From the sequence record KY608965.1: a stretch of 64,000 nucleotides of DNA. The stretch is one strand, 5' to 3'. A program made the translations under genes and the position numbers. Of the stretch, positions 43,487 to 52,357 are shown piece by piece. Positions within the stretch are counted from its first letter, which is position 1; the number at the start of each line of letters is the position of its first letter. Under the pieces are notes generated by a model that was given only the letters and a program-made list of their open reading frames with translations, was not told the origin of the DNA and ran no database searches. The stretch comes from Escherichia phage phiEC1.

Positions 43487-43941
43487 AAAGAGTCTCTTAA
43501 TAGGTTTAACACATCAACAAATTCAGTTTCGGTTAGTATTGTATCATCTTTTGTTAGGTGGCTAGCCATGCTGTGCTTCAAAATTTTTCCTTTAGAGGCT
43601 TGTAAGGCATCACGAAATCCCTTATTTTGGATCGCTGCTTCAAAATATGCATTTGTGTATAATTCTTTCCACGCTTCAGAGTATCTTGAAAATGGAACTC
43701 CCAACCAGAAGAGGGTCCCACGGTCCTGAGCTCTTGCATAAGACCTTCCAGCTTGTTGGGCGGCAAGCCCGGATAGTCCAAATATACGTCTTTGTTGTTC
43801 AACATTTTTCACCTTACATCCTTGGAGAAACCCTTCAAGACCTCCGAATTGAATACCGTCCATAACAAAAGGCCATTGAGCAAAGTTACTTAATGCACAT
43901 GACGGCCACTTAAAATTACTTCTTATTTCTAATTCAGACAT
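43483..43941 (-). CDS. NADAR/YbiA-like (DUF1768) domain protein, putative ADP-ribose processing enzyme
   Basis: Motif …LSNFAQWPFVMDGIQFGGLEGFLQGCKV… resembles the YbiA/NADAR core (SNFA-WP…DG…E…Q-K); start taken at first ATG, a GTG at 43950 is also possible. Confidence 0.5.
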   Translation of the reverse strand: MSELEIRSNFKWPSCALSNFAQWPFVMDGIQFGGLEGFLQGCKVKNVEQQRRIFGLSGLAAQQAGRSYARAQDRGTLFWLGVPFSRYSEAWKELYTNAYFEAAIQNKGFRDALQASKGKILKHSMASHLTKDDTILTETEFVDVLNLLRDSL

Positions 43942-44149
43942 CTTTAACACTTATAATTTCAACATCAGCCCAATGACCATAACCAGGTATACGATCTTCG
44001 ATAGATAAATTTCCGTCATTTTTAGGTAGTTTAATCGATGTGATATACGGTTCTAAATGGTCTTCTGTATGCGGAGAAACATCTGTCACACGATAAGTAA
44101 CTTCAACCATTTCCGTACCAAACAATTTCTGGATTAGTTTATTCAACAT
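43934..44149 (-). CDS. Hypothetical protein
   Basis: 71-aa ORF with ATG, overlapping neighbours in an operon-like array. Confidence 0.5.
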   Translation of the reverse strand: MLNKLIQKLFGTEMVEVTYRVTDVSPHTEDHLEPYITSIKLPKNDGNLSIEDRIPGYGHWADVEIISVKDV

Positions 44150-44336
44150 GTTTCAACCCTTTAATAGGAGATAACTCTTTACCCATACGTATGTCAGAAG
44201 TCCAATCAACCCATTGAACAGCATACGCTTCATTGATAATTCCAGCGGCGGTTTTAAATTCAGGGAGAACTTTAAAAATCACCCCAGGAATTCCAACACC
44301 TTTTAATTGGACTGTTTGTGCTATTAAAAATTTCAT
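44139..44336 (-). CDS. Hypothetical protein
   Basis: 65-aa ORF with ATG; candidate early promoter 44361..44391 upstream. Confidence 0.5.
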   Translation of the reverse strand: MKFLIAQTVQLKGVGIPGVIFKVLPEFKTAAGIINEAYAVQWVDWTSDIRMGKELSPIKGLKHVE

Positions 44337-44360
44337 ATTTTTCCACTTAGTAAAGAAATC

Positions 44361-44391
44361 ATTATACTCTAATCCGTCCTTGGATGTAAAC
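44361..44391 (-). promoter_or_regulatory. Candidate early promoter
   Basis: On - strand GTTTAC-N19-TATAAT; long spacer lowers confidence. Confidence 0.4.
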
Positions 44392-45005
44392 TACTTAACG
44401 AAATTAATTTCTACCGGATGAACAACAGGTTGAGCAGTGATATATTGAGTAATTGCTTTCATGACTAGAGCTTCAGAACCAGGATTTTTCTCAACGAATT
44501 CACGTGCTTGGTTATGAGCTTCAAGTTCACTTAGTAAACCACTTCGTTGGCATCCACGGTCTTGAGTACCCTGTTCAGATAAAAAGACGACGATGTATTT
44601 TTCATCGTCATAAGATTTAGACGGTTGAGCAAATGTTCCTTTACTTCCGAAAGGAGAGTTATGACGCCACATCACGCCGTGAGGAGTTTCAACCTTCGTA
44701 TATTCGTGCGGGCCATTTTTCTTAATTTCTTGATGTGGAACTTCATGGACCTTAGGGTTAGGACATTCAATAAAATGCTCGTCTAAATCGGTCGAGAATA
44801 TTAAAGTAAAACAATTACTGAATTTACCAACACCTGCCTGATAAATTTTACCTTCAGAAGTTCTAATTTCACAAACTGAGCCGGCATCAGTAACTTCTAA
44901 AACTTCAAAAGGCTCGATAAGGTCATATGAGAACATGTTTTTAAGGCGTGGAGTAATATCCCCATTTTTAAAATTCATTTTATAAAAAGTATTAACTTTA
45001 AACAT
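44391..45005 (-). CDS. Hypothetical protein
   Basis: 204-aa ORF with ATG; His-rich central region; GC hairpin upstream. Confidence 0.6.
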   Translation of the reverse strand: MFKVNTFYKMNFKNGDITPRLKNMFSYDLIEPFEVLEVTDAGSVCEIRTSEGKIYQAGVGKFSNCFTLIFSTDLDEHFIECPNPKVHEVPHQEIKKNGPHEYTKVETPHGVMWRHNSPFGSKGTFAQPSKSYDDEKYIVVFLSEQGTQDRGCQRSGLLSELEAHNQAREFVEKNPGSEALVMKAITQYITAQPVVHPVEINFVK

Positions 45006-45040
45006 AATTTCCTCAGTGGGAGCCGAAGCTCCCAGTTAAA

Positions 45041-45406
45041 TTAGATATCGAATTCATTAAGAACTACATCAAAGATTGCTTCCAGGTGTTCAGGTTTAGC
45101 TCGGTTGCTCAGGATGTGACGAATCCAAGTTTTAACCAGAAGCTTACGATTAACACCGTTCCAGCAAGGATGAGTACCTAAATCACGCTGACGGAAATCG
45201 TCATCTAATGCAATTTTGAAGTTGGAACCTTCCATCGTGATTGAAACCGTGATGCCATTTTCAAATCGCATATAAACGTAATTAGGAGTCATGCACTGTT
45301 CGATTTCACATACTGAACCATTTTTATGTTTCCATAAGCAAATAACTTCAGAAGAACCAGCGATACCGTTAGAAACATATTTACGTTCGAAGTTGATGTA
45401 GTTCAT
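45041..45406 (-). CDS. Hypothetical early protein
   Basis: 121 aa from ATG at 45406 (track ORF begins at an upstream TTG that overlaps the promoter); promoter 45448..45476. Confidence 0.6.
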   Translation of the reverse strand: MNYINFERKYVSNGIAGSSEVICLWKHKNGSVCEIEQCMTPNYVYMRFENGITVSITMEGSNFKIALDDDFRQRDLGTHPCWNGVNRKLLVKTWIRHILSNRAKPEHLEAIFDVVLNEFDI

Positions 45407-45434
45407 TTTATTCTCCAGATGTTTAAGTTGTTTG

Positions 45435-45469
45435 TTGGTACAGGTATATAATAACATAACCTGTACCAA
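45435..45469. repeat. 11-bp perfect inverted repeat bracketing the -10 of an early promoter
   Basis: TTGGTACAGGT (45435..45445) and ACCTGTACCAA (45459..45469) separated by 13 nt containing the -10. Confidence 0.85.
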
Positions 45470-45476
45470 AGTAAAC
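45448..45476 (-). promoter_or_regulatory. Early promoter for ORF 45041..45406
   Basis: On - strand GTTTAC-N17-(TGT)TATTAT; -10 bracketed by an 11-bp perfect inverted repeat. Confidence 0.65.
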
Positions 45477-45480
45477 TGTT

Positions 45481-45849
45481 TTATGCAACTTTAATCCAAT
45501 TGTCTAAATTTAAAACACCTTTGGCTTTCATTTTTTCGATCAGGTTATCTGCTGTAATGCGTCCATTTTGATACCATGTAACATCTTCAGAGTAACCAGT
45601 TTCTTCGTCAACATATGTTTCTGAACGAATTTTACCTGTAATAATAGTTTTTAATTCGTATGTGTCACCTGTGAAAAAGTTTGCTAACACAATTTTCCAA
45701 GAGAAATCATCAGAAGGACCTTCAGGGGTCATACAACCTACGAACTCAAATTGCTCTTTGTATAACATCCACTGGAATTCTTTAATTTCGATAGCTTTAT
45801 AACCGTCGTGGTCTTTACATTTGATGTATGAGTTCAGATTGATTTTCAT
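45481..45849 (-). CDS. Hypothetical early protein
   Basis: 122-aa ORF with ATG; early promoter 45891..45919. Confidence 0.6.
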   Translation of the reverse strand: MKINLNSYIKCKDHDGYKAIEIKEFQWMLYKEQFEFVGCMTPEGPSDDFSWKIVLANFFTGDTYELKTIITGKIRSETYVDEETGYSEDVTWYQNGRITADNLIEKMKAKGVLNLDNWIKVA

Positions 45850-45890
45850 TTTATTCTCCGGTTGTTTTATTGATTAGGTGGTACAAGTCT

Positions 45891-45919
45891 ATAGTAACAC
45901 ATCCTACAGGAGAGTAAAC
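45891..45919 (-). promoter_or_regulatory. Early promoter for ORF 45481..45849
   Basis: On - strand GTTTAC-N17-(GGATGTGT)TACTAT. Confidence 0.65.
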
Positions 45920-45949
45920 ATCTTTTTTAAACTTTTTCTGCCCTAAACG

Positions 45950-45974
45950 CACAAAAGGGAGACCGAAGTCTCCC
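45950..45974 (-). terminator. Rho-independent terminator after small basic ORF
   Basis: On - strand GGGAGAC-TTCG-GTCTCCC followed by TTTTGTG. Confidence 0.8.
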
Positions 45975-45979
45975 TAAAA

Positions 45980-46159
45980 TTATGCAACAACCTTTCCAAA
46001 ACGAGAAGCATCATCTCGAAGAACTGCACGTGCTCTGCGCATGATCTTCTCAACTGTTTGATTAATACGAGAGTTCGACCCACGCTTGTATCCAGCGCGT
46101 TTAGAGGTACCATCAACTTTCTTTTCAACTGCTTTCTTTGCTTTAGCTTGTTTTGCCAT
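45980..46159 (-). CDS. Small basic hypothetical protein (59 aa), not in the supplied ORF track
   Basis: ATG at 46159; translation MAKQAKAKKAVEKKVDGTSKRAGYKRGSNSRINQTVEKIMRRARAVLRDDASRFGKVVA; followed immediately by a canonical terminator. Confidence 0.5.
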   Translation of the reverse strand: MAKQAKAKKAVEKKVDGTSKRAGYKRGSNSRINQTVEKIMRRARAVLRDDASRFGKVVA

Positions 46160-46322
46160 TATAAATTCTCTTTAAATGAAAATGCAGGACTTATTGACAT
46201 TGCCTGCGCAAGCCCTCAAGGGGAACATAGGTTTTGGGTATTTAACGACAGGATAACCATAAACCCGTCATCATACCTACCATGACTTACACAGCTAACC
46301 TTTTGCTGACGCATGATAGCAA

Positions 46323-46571
46323 TTATTTCAAAGTAATAACAAAATGACGAACTGCTTTGCGTGCTGCAGAAGCCAGAGGCTTAGCATATTTCAATTCATC
46401 TTTAGCTTCCAGTTCAGAAGCCAAAGTAGCCTGAGCAGGATTCAGATGTTTGAAATATCGCAGGATTTCCAGTGCTTCGGCTTCAACATCAATTGAAGCG
46501 CCGTAGTTTTCGTGACCGTTATTCCATGCGTTGCGTTGCAGTTCAAGAGCGTGTTGTAATTGTTTAATCAT
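46323..46571 (-). CDS. rIII: rIII lysis-inhibition accessory protein
   Basis: 82 aa, adjacent to gene 31 as in T4; matches recalled T4 rIII; late promoter upstream. Confidence 0.8.
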   Translation of the reverse strand: MIKQLQHALELQRNAWNNGHENYGASIDVEAEALEILRYFKHLNPAQATLASELEAKDELKYAKPLASAARKAVRHFVITLK

Positions 46572-46687
46572 TTTAAATTCTCAATTCGAGATAATATTTA
46601 GTAGCCACGTTCGTCTGAATTTCACCTTCTTTCGACAAGTCTCTCAGTTGTAGGCTACCGCTTAGAAGAGTGTTCTCTTCATATAGT

Positions 46688-46695
46688 TATTTATA
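46688..46695 (-). promoter_or_regulatory. Late promoter (TATAAATA) for rIII
   Basis: Reverse complement of TATTTATA immediately downstream of the gp31 stop. Confidence 0.6.
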
Positions 46696-47028
46696 TCACT
46701 TATAAAGACACGGAATAGCTTTATAGTGGCATGTTACGAATTTCTGTTTAATTTCTTTAGGTTGTTTAAGTCCCAAAGCCACAAATGGATGTGGAACATT
46801 TCGAATTTGTCCAACTGGTAGTGGAGTCAAATCACCAACTTCAACAAAACCTTCAGGAACATCAGGACCTACAGAATGAACTACACATAGTTCAGGAACT
46901 TCACCTTGAACACGTTTACCAATCACAAGTCCTGATTCGGTAACTTCTTCATCACCTGCTTGAGCGGGTTCAGAAACCAGAATGACATATTCACCAACAG
47001 CACGAATTGGGAGTTGTACTTCAGACAT
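46696..47028 (-). CDS. 31: Co-chaperonin gp31 (GroES analogue)
   Basis: 110 aa; matches recalled T4 gp31 (MSEVQ…[23 protein letters not shown]…); MotA-type middle promoter upstream. Confidence 0.95.
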   Translation of the reverse strand: MSEVQLPIRAVGEYVILVSEPAQAGDEEVTESGLVIGKRVQGEVPELCVVHSVGPDVPEGFVEVGDLTPLPVGQIRNVPHPFVALGLKQPKEIKQKFVTCHYKAIPCLYK

Positions 47029-47058
47029 CTTATTTCCTTGTTGTTTGACGATAGATTA

Positions 47059-47085
47059 ATAATACCATACTATTCGTAAAGCATA
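47059..47085 (-). promoter_or_regulatory. Middle (MotA-dependent) promoter for gene 31
   Basis: On - strand ATATGCTTTA (MotA box) then 12 nt then TATTAT. Confidence 0.7.
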
Positions 47086-47382
47086 TTACATAAGAAGCAA
47101 ACGTTCGACCGGAGTACCATCAACCGAAATTACTTTATCAAGGCGGAAAGAACGCCACTGACCTAACTTGGTATCGAATGCTCGAACTGATTCACGAGGT
47201 TCATAACGAACTTCTGTTGCTGGATTGTTATTGACATATTTGACTTCAAGTTCATCGCGCGAAGCAAACATAGTGCGTACATCACCGTTAGCCTTTTCAA
47301 ATACAACACAATGAACGCCTACAGACAGAATAGTTTTAATACGTTCACGAAGAACCATAGTTTCTTGTTCAGTTAAAATCAT
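47086..47382 (-). CDS. Hypothetical protein between cd and 31
   Basis: 98 aa from ATG at 47382 with GGTGA Shine-Dalgarno; track ORF starts at GTG 47394. Confidence 0.55.
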   Translation of the reverse strand: MILTEQETMVLRERIKTILSVGVHCVVFEKANGDVRTMFASRDELEVKYVNNNPATEVRYEPRESVRAFDTKLGQWRSFRLDKVISVDGTPVERLLLM

Positions 47383-47383
47383 A

Positions 47384-47965
47384 TTATTCACCACAAAAGT
47401 TTCGGATTTGTTCCCAATTCAGAGAACGAAGATTATTACGAGAGTACTGAATTACTTCAATACCAGCTTGTTTTAGAATATCTGCCCAATTTTCAGGAGA
47501 TCGGTCGTATAATTCTGCGTATACAACCTTTTTAATACCTGACTGCGTAATAGCTTTAGTGCAATCAGGACACGGAGAAAGCGTAGTATATAACGTAGCA
47601 CCTTCAATAGAATTACCTTTACGAGCGGCAAACAAAATTGCATTCAATTCTGCATGGATTTCATTATTAGCAGACCATGCACTATGAGCAGCTCGATGTT
47701 CTTTGGCTAAAACAAAATTATCTACCCGTCCAAATGCTGTAGTGCCTTCTTTATGTCCAGCAACGATGACTGGGATTGGTTTATTCTTCAACCAACCATT
47801 TTCAGATGCATGTTCGCAACAGTTAACGCCACCTGCAGGTGAACCGTTATATCCAGTAGAGATAATGCGTCCATCTTTTTCAATGACGGCACCAACTTTC
47901 CATGAACAACATTTTGATTCTTGAGAAATCAGATATGCAATCTGAAGGTATGTGCTAGCTTTCAT
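47384..47965 (-). CDS. cd: dCMP deaminase
   Basis: 193 aa; zinc-binding deaminase motifs HAELNAI and PCPDC; matches recalled T4 Cd. Confidence 0.95.
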   Translation of the reverse strand: MKASTYLQIAYLISQESKCCSWKVGAVIEKDGRIISTGYNGSPAGGVNCCEHASENGWLKNKPIPVIVAGHKEGTTAFGRVDNFVLAKEHRAAHSAWSANNEIHAELNAILFAARKGNSIEGATLYTTLSPCPDCTKAITQSGIKKVVYAELYDRSPENWADILKQAGIEVIQYSRNNLRSLNWEQIRNFCGE

Positions 47966-48957
47966 TATTGAACCTTATTAATATAAGTTAACAGCTCTTT
48001 AGTTTGTTCCCAACTGATGCACGCATCGGTAACGGAAACGCCATAGGACATATTATCAGAAATTTTTTGATTTCCTTCATGTAGGAACGATTCTATCATA
48101 ATTCCTTTGACCAAATCATTAGCTGCTAAATTTTTACCAATACCAATTTGATTGCTATAATGCCCATCAGCGTTTGCATGGCTACAGTCAACCATTACAT
48201 AATGATTCAGACCTACTGCCCTTGCTTTGTTAGAAGCTTCTTGAATATCAGAAGAATGATAGTTCGGGCCGTTGGTCCCGCCACGCAATACGATATGCGT
48301 ATTCTGATTACCTTCAGCTTCAACAATGCCTACAGTACCATCGACGTCCATACCCATATACCGATGAGGCCAGGCGGCACTATACATCGCGTCTGTAGCT
48401 ACTTTAATAGAACCATTGGTTGCGTTCTTGAAGCCTACGCACATCGGTAGACCTGAAGCAATTTCACGATGTGTCTGACTTTCAGTCGTACGGGCGCCAA
48501 TAGCAACCCATGAGAAAATACCAGAAAGATACTTAATCGTGAATGGGTCTAATACTTCAGTTGCTAATGGAAGTCCCATACGTAGAAGTTTACGACACAA
48601 TGTTCGTGCAACTATAAGACCGTGGTTCATATCAAAACTTCCGTCAAGATATGGATCATTTACAAGACCTTTCCAACCTACGGTAGTTCGAGGCTTTTCA
48701 AAATAAACGCGCATCACTAACAGAACATTAGGAAGACGAGTTTGAAGTTCAGCCAGACGTTTGCCGTATTCAACAGCAGCAATAGGGTCATGAATTGAAC
48801 AAGGACCTACAACAATAAGTTTGCGTGGGTCTTCACCGTTCATAATCGAATTAACTTGTTCGCGATGAGAAGCCACTTGTGATGCGTAAGCTTCCGACAA
48901 AGGAATAATCTCAGCCAGTTCTTTTGGAGAAATAAGTTTTCCGACGACAGGTAACAT
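47965..48957 (-). CDS. 3-deoxy-D-arabino-heptulosonate-7-phosphate (DAHP) synthase, class I (AroG/AroF/AroH-like)
   Basis: 330 aa; blocks GPCSIHDP, MRVYFEKPRTTVGWKGL, IGARTTESQTHRE, VGFKNATNGS, IVLRGG…PNY, SHAN, ESFLHEGNQ, ITDACI matching recalled E. coli AroG; stop overlaps cd start (TAATG). Confidence 0.93.
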   Translation of the reverse strand: MLPVVGKLISPKELAEIIPLSEAYASQVASHREQVNSIMNGEDPRKLIVVGPCSIHDPIAAVEYGKRLAELQTRLPNVLLVMRVYFEKPRTTVGWKGLVNDPYLDGSFDMNHGLIVARTLCRKLLRMGLPLATEVLDPFTIKYLSGIFSWVAIGARTTESQTHREIASGLPMCVGFKNATNGSIKVATDAMYSAAWPHRYMGMDVDGTVGIVEAEGNQNTHIVLRGGTNGPNYHSSDIQEASNKARAVGLNHYVMVDCSHANADGHYSNQIGIGKNLAANDLVKGIMIESFLHEGNQKISDNMSYGVSVTDACISWEQTKELLTYINKVQ

Positions 48958-49077
48958 AACAATCCTTAGGAGATATAAACAGATTCTGATTCAACAATAC
49001 CTTTAACCGGATTAGACAGGCTAAGTTGGTAGTGCTCAGATTTATGACCATTCTCGATAGTAATGAGATAGCTCTCA

Positions 49078-49314
49078 TTATAGTGTTCCATATACTCGAG
49101 TTGCTTCAACAAGACCATCACTGCCTAATTTAAGGCTAGTAATCTGGTCACCATCTTTAGGATTAACGATTATGAGAAAAGAACGTGGAGATTCTTGAAT
49201 AACTCGTAATGTTGCATCCTGGAAACGTTCAGACACTTTATTGATGAGTGCTTGAGCAAATTCTTTTACTTTAATCTGAAATTCGTGTACTGTAATTGGG
49301 GTTTCACTTAGCAT
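49078..49314 (-). CDS. Hypothetical early protein
   Basis: 78-aa ORF with ATG; early promoter 49344..49373. Confidence 0.55.
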   Translation of the reverse strand: MLSETPITVHEFQIKVKEFAQALINKVSERFQDATLRVIQESPRSFLIIVNPKDGDQITSLKLGSDGLVEATRVYGTL

Positions 49315-49343
49315 TTCGATTTCCTCATTGTGTTGGTAGAGTT

Positions 49344-49373
49344 ATAGTATCACAACTCCACCATGTTGTAAAC
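49344..49373 (-). promoter_or_regulatory. Early promoter upstream of ORF 49078..49314 (and probably the DAHP synthase-cd operon)
   Basis: On - strand GTTTAC-N18-(GTTGTGA)TACTAT. Confidence 0.65.
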
Positions 49374-49375
49374 CA

Positions 49376-49651
49376 TTAAATTGCTTTGCATTCAATTTTT
49401 TGTGTACCGAAATTGATATCACATTGGATAACTAAATCGCCGTCAAGATCAAATACCACTATGACGTGTGCAGACCCAGGGAGAAGAGTAATAGCAATAG
49501 AATCTACTTGGTCTGGGAGTAAAGCATTGAGTACATGAGTTAGTTGAGCATGAACTCTGAGTTCGGCTGCATTATCAAGCACTTCAAACATATTATTAGC
49601 AATAATCTGACTGAAGACTACCTTTACAATTTCAGAATAAGTTGGGAACAT
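49376..49651 (-). CDS. Hypothetical protein
   Basis: 91-aa ORF with ATG. Confidence 0.5.
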   Translation of the reverse strand: MFPTYSEIVKVVFSQIIANNMFEVLDNAAELRVHAQLTHVLNALLPDQVDSIAITLLPGSAHVIVVFDLDGDLVIQCDINFGTQKIECKAI

Positions 49652-49658
49652 AATTACC

Positions 49659-49883
49659 TCAGTGCACAGTATTTACTTTAACTCGAACAACAAATCGCTC
49701 GGTTGGTTCACCTACAGGAACAAACTCTACATGATATTCGCCTTTGTATCGAGTATTCAGGTCATTACGAATTCCTGCGAGTTTGTTGATTAATGTAGGA
49801 CTCATATTAAGTCCCACTAGTTTACGAAGCATTTTGTATGCTTCATCTTCGATTTCATGATGTTTATCGTACATAGTTTTCAT
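49659..49883 (-). CDS. Hypothetical protein
   Basis: 74-aa ORF with ATG. Confidence 0.5.
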   Translation of the reverse strand: MKTMYDKHHEIEDEAYKMLRKLVGLNMSPTLINKLAGIRNDLNTRYKGEYHVEFVPVGEPTERFVVRVKVNTVH

Positions 49884-50054
49884 TTAACCATTCAATTGCC
49901 TGGTCGACGTTATCAAATATGCCACCGTCCAAACGTTCTTCATGCTCATAGTTCAGCACATCAATACCGAACTGTCCATTTACTAAAGGCCAGGCAACAA
50001 ACAAATATTCTTTATGCCGTTCAATGGCCTCAATCACTTCATATAATCGTTTCA

Positions 50055-50055
<1 letters not shown>
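49864..50055 (-). CDS. Hypothetical protein
   Basis: 63-aa ORF with ATG; overlaps neighbours. Confidence 0.45.
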
Positions 50056-51141
<1,086 letters not shown>

Positions 51142-51142
<1 letters not shown>

Positions 51143-51441
51143 TATTTTATTCCTAAGAAAATTTCAAGAATACGAATGTTATGCTCGCGCCGGTCTTTAT
51201 TAATTTCAGCAACGTTTTTATTAATTGACGTACTTCTAACGTTTGAAGAAATAAATTTAATCATATGACTTTTGAGTTGTTGCAAATCCAACCCTTTTTC
51301 TTTAGCAGCTTTACGAAGAGCTTTACCTGCTTCATCTAGTGCCTTTGCTGCATCTTTGTCATAATTGCCAAGTGACATTCCACGGCAGATATCAATATAC
51401 TCATCAGACCGTTTGATGTAATTCTCTAGTAATGTTTTCAT
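51142..51441 (-). CDS. Hypothetical early protein
   Basis: 99-aa ORF with ATG; early promoter 51470..51499. Confidence 0.55.
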
Positions 51442-51469
51442 TTAGATTTCCTCAATTATCCATAGGAGC

Positions 51470-51499
51470 ATTATACTCTGCTCCTGAGAGTTTGTAAAC
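51470..51499 (-). promoter_or_regulatory. Early promoter for ORF 51142..51441
   Basis: On - strand GTTTAC-N18-TATAAT; -10 bracketed by a 7-bp inverted repeat. Confidence 0.55.
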
Positions 51500-51723
51500 T
51501 ATTTTACTAAAGATTCAATATACTCGTGAAGAGCTTTAGTCGCTACTGCCCACTTATTCTGATATTCATTTTTCAGATTAGCACGAGACTGAACTAACAA
51601 GCGGTCATTAGTCGGAGGCAAAGATTCTAATCGTTGAATCTGGCGCCCATAAATCATAGCCGCCATTTCAGATTCATAGATAAGCCCTTTAATGTATTCA
51701 TGCTGTTCTTTAGTCATTGGCAT
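51499..51723 (-). CDS. Hypothetical protein
   Basis: 74-aa ORF with ATG. Confidence 0.5.
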   Translation of the reverse strand: MPMTKEQHEYIKGLIYESEMAAMIYGRQIQRLESLPPTNDRLLVQSRANLKNEYQNKWAVATKALHEYIESLVK

Positions 51724-52004
51724 TTTTCCTCTTTTAAACCACTACGATAATAACATATCATAGTTTTCTGGTCATGTACATATCTTTTTACATCGTTTAA
51801 CCAGATACGAAATTCTTGAGAGTCTTCAAATGGCATTCCAACCCATGGATTACCATCAATAACCTTTACTTGCCATTTCTGGTTATATTCAACAATAGAT
51901 TCAGGCCATGGCGGATGTAAAGTTTCTTTAGGGCTTAAGGGCACATCCTGGGCACATCCAGCCAAAATGCCAATAGATAATACAACTGCGGTTAATTTAA
52001 TCAT
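51714..52004 (-). CDS. pseT.2: Outer-membrane spanin (o-spanin lipoprotein), PseT.2-like
   Basis: Signal peptide with lipobox LAGC (MIKLTAVVLSIGILAGCAQ); 96 aa; immediately downstream of the i-spanin. Confidence 0.7.
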   Translation of the reverse strand: MIKLTAVVLSIGILAGCAQDVPLSPKETLHPPWPESIVEYNQKWQVKVIDGNPWVGMPFEDSQEFRIWLNDVKRYVHDQKTMICYYRSGLKEEKCQ

Positions 52005-52357
52005 TCTGAGAGCTTCCTGAGGTCTTCTGCAAAGGAATCGAAGGACCTGTTGATTTGTTTTTCGACCAATCCTGGCTTACTTGCCACCACGTTCTTCTTC
52101 TTCGAATCCTGACGGAGCTTTTCATTTTCAGCCTTAAGTTGGTCAACTAAAACACGGTTCTTATAAGTCATTTCTTCGATTGACTGATATTGAACTTTGA
52201 AGTCGTCTAATACTTTAGCATTGTTTTTAGCAGCCTCTTTAACAGAAGCTAATTCAGTATTCAACGAATCAACTTTGTTGTTTAAGACAACTATTGTTAC
52301 AGTAGAAACTAGAGCAAAAGCTGCTACTATAACATAAATCGGATTTACTTTAAGCAT
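52001..52357 (-). CDS. pseT.3: Inner-membrane spanin (i-spanin), PseT.3-like
   Basis: N-terminal transmembrane helix (IYVIVAAFALVSTVTIVVL) followed by coiled-coil periplasmic domain; 118 aa. Confidence 0.7.
   Translation of the reverse strand: MLKVNPIYVIVAAFALVSTVTIVVLNNKVDSLNTELASVKEAAKNNAKVLDDFKVQYQSIEEMTYKNRVLVDQLKAENEKLRQDSKKKNVVASKPGLVEKQINRSFDSFAEDLRKLSE

Noticed and set aside
45943-46285. Track ORFs 45943..46128 (-) and 46058..46285 (+)
   Set aside because: Wrong frame or strand relative to the 59-aa basic ORF, which has a proper ATG and terminator; these alternatives run through the terminator hairpin.
46160-46322. Possible tRNA or small RNA gene in the longest non-coding gap
   Set aside because: No T-loop-like GGTTCGAATCC motif or cloverleaf-compatible pairing seen; only a single hairpin. 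Left as an open question rather than an RNA gene call.
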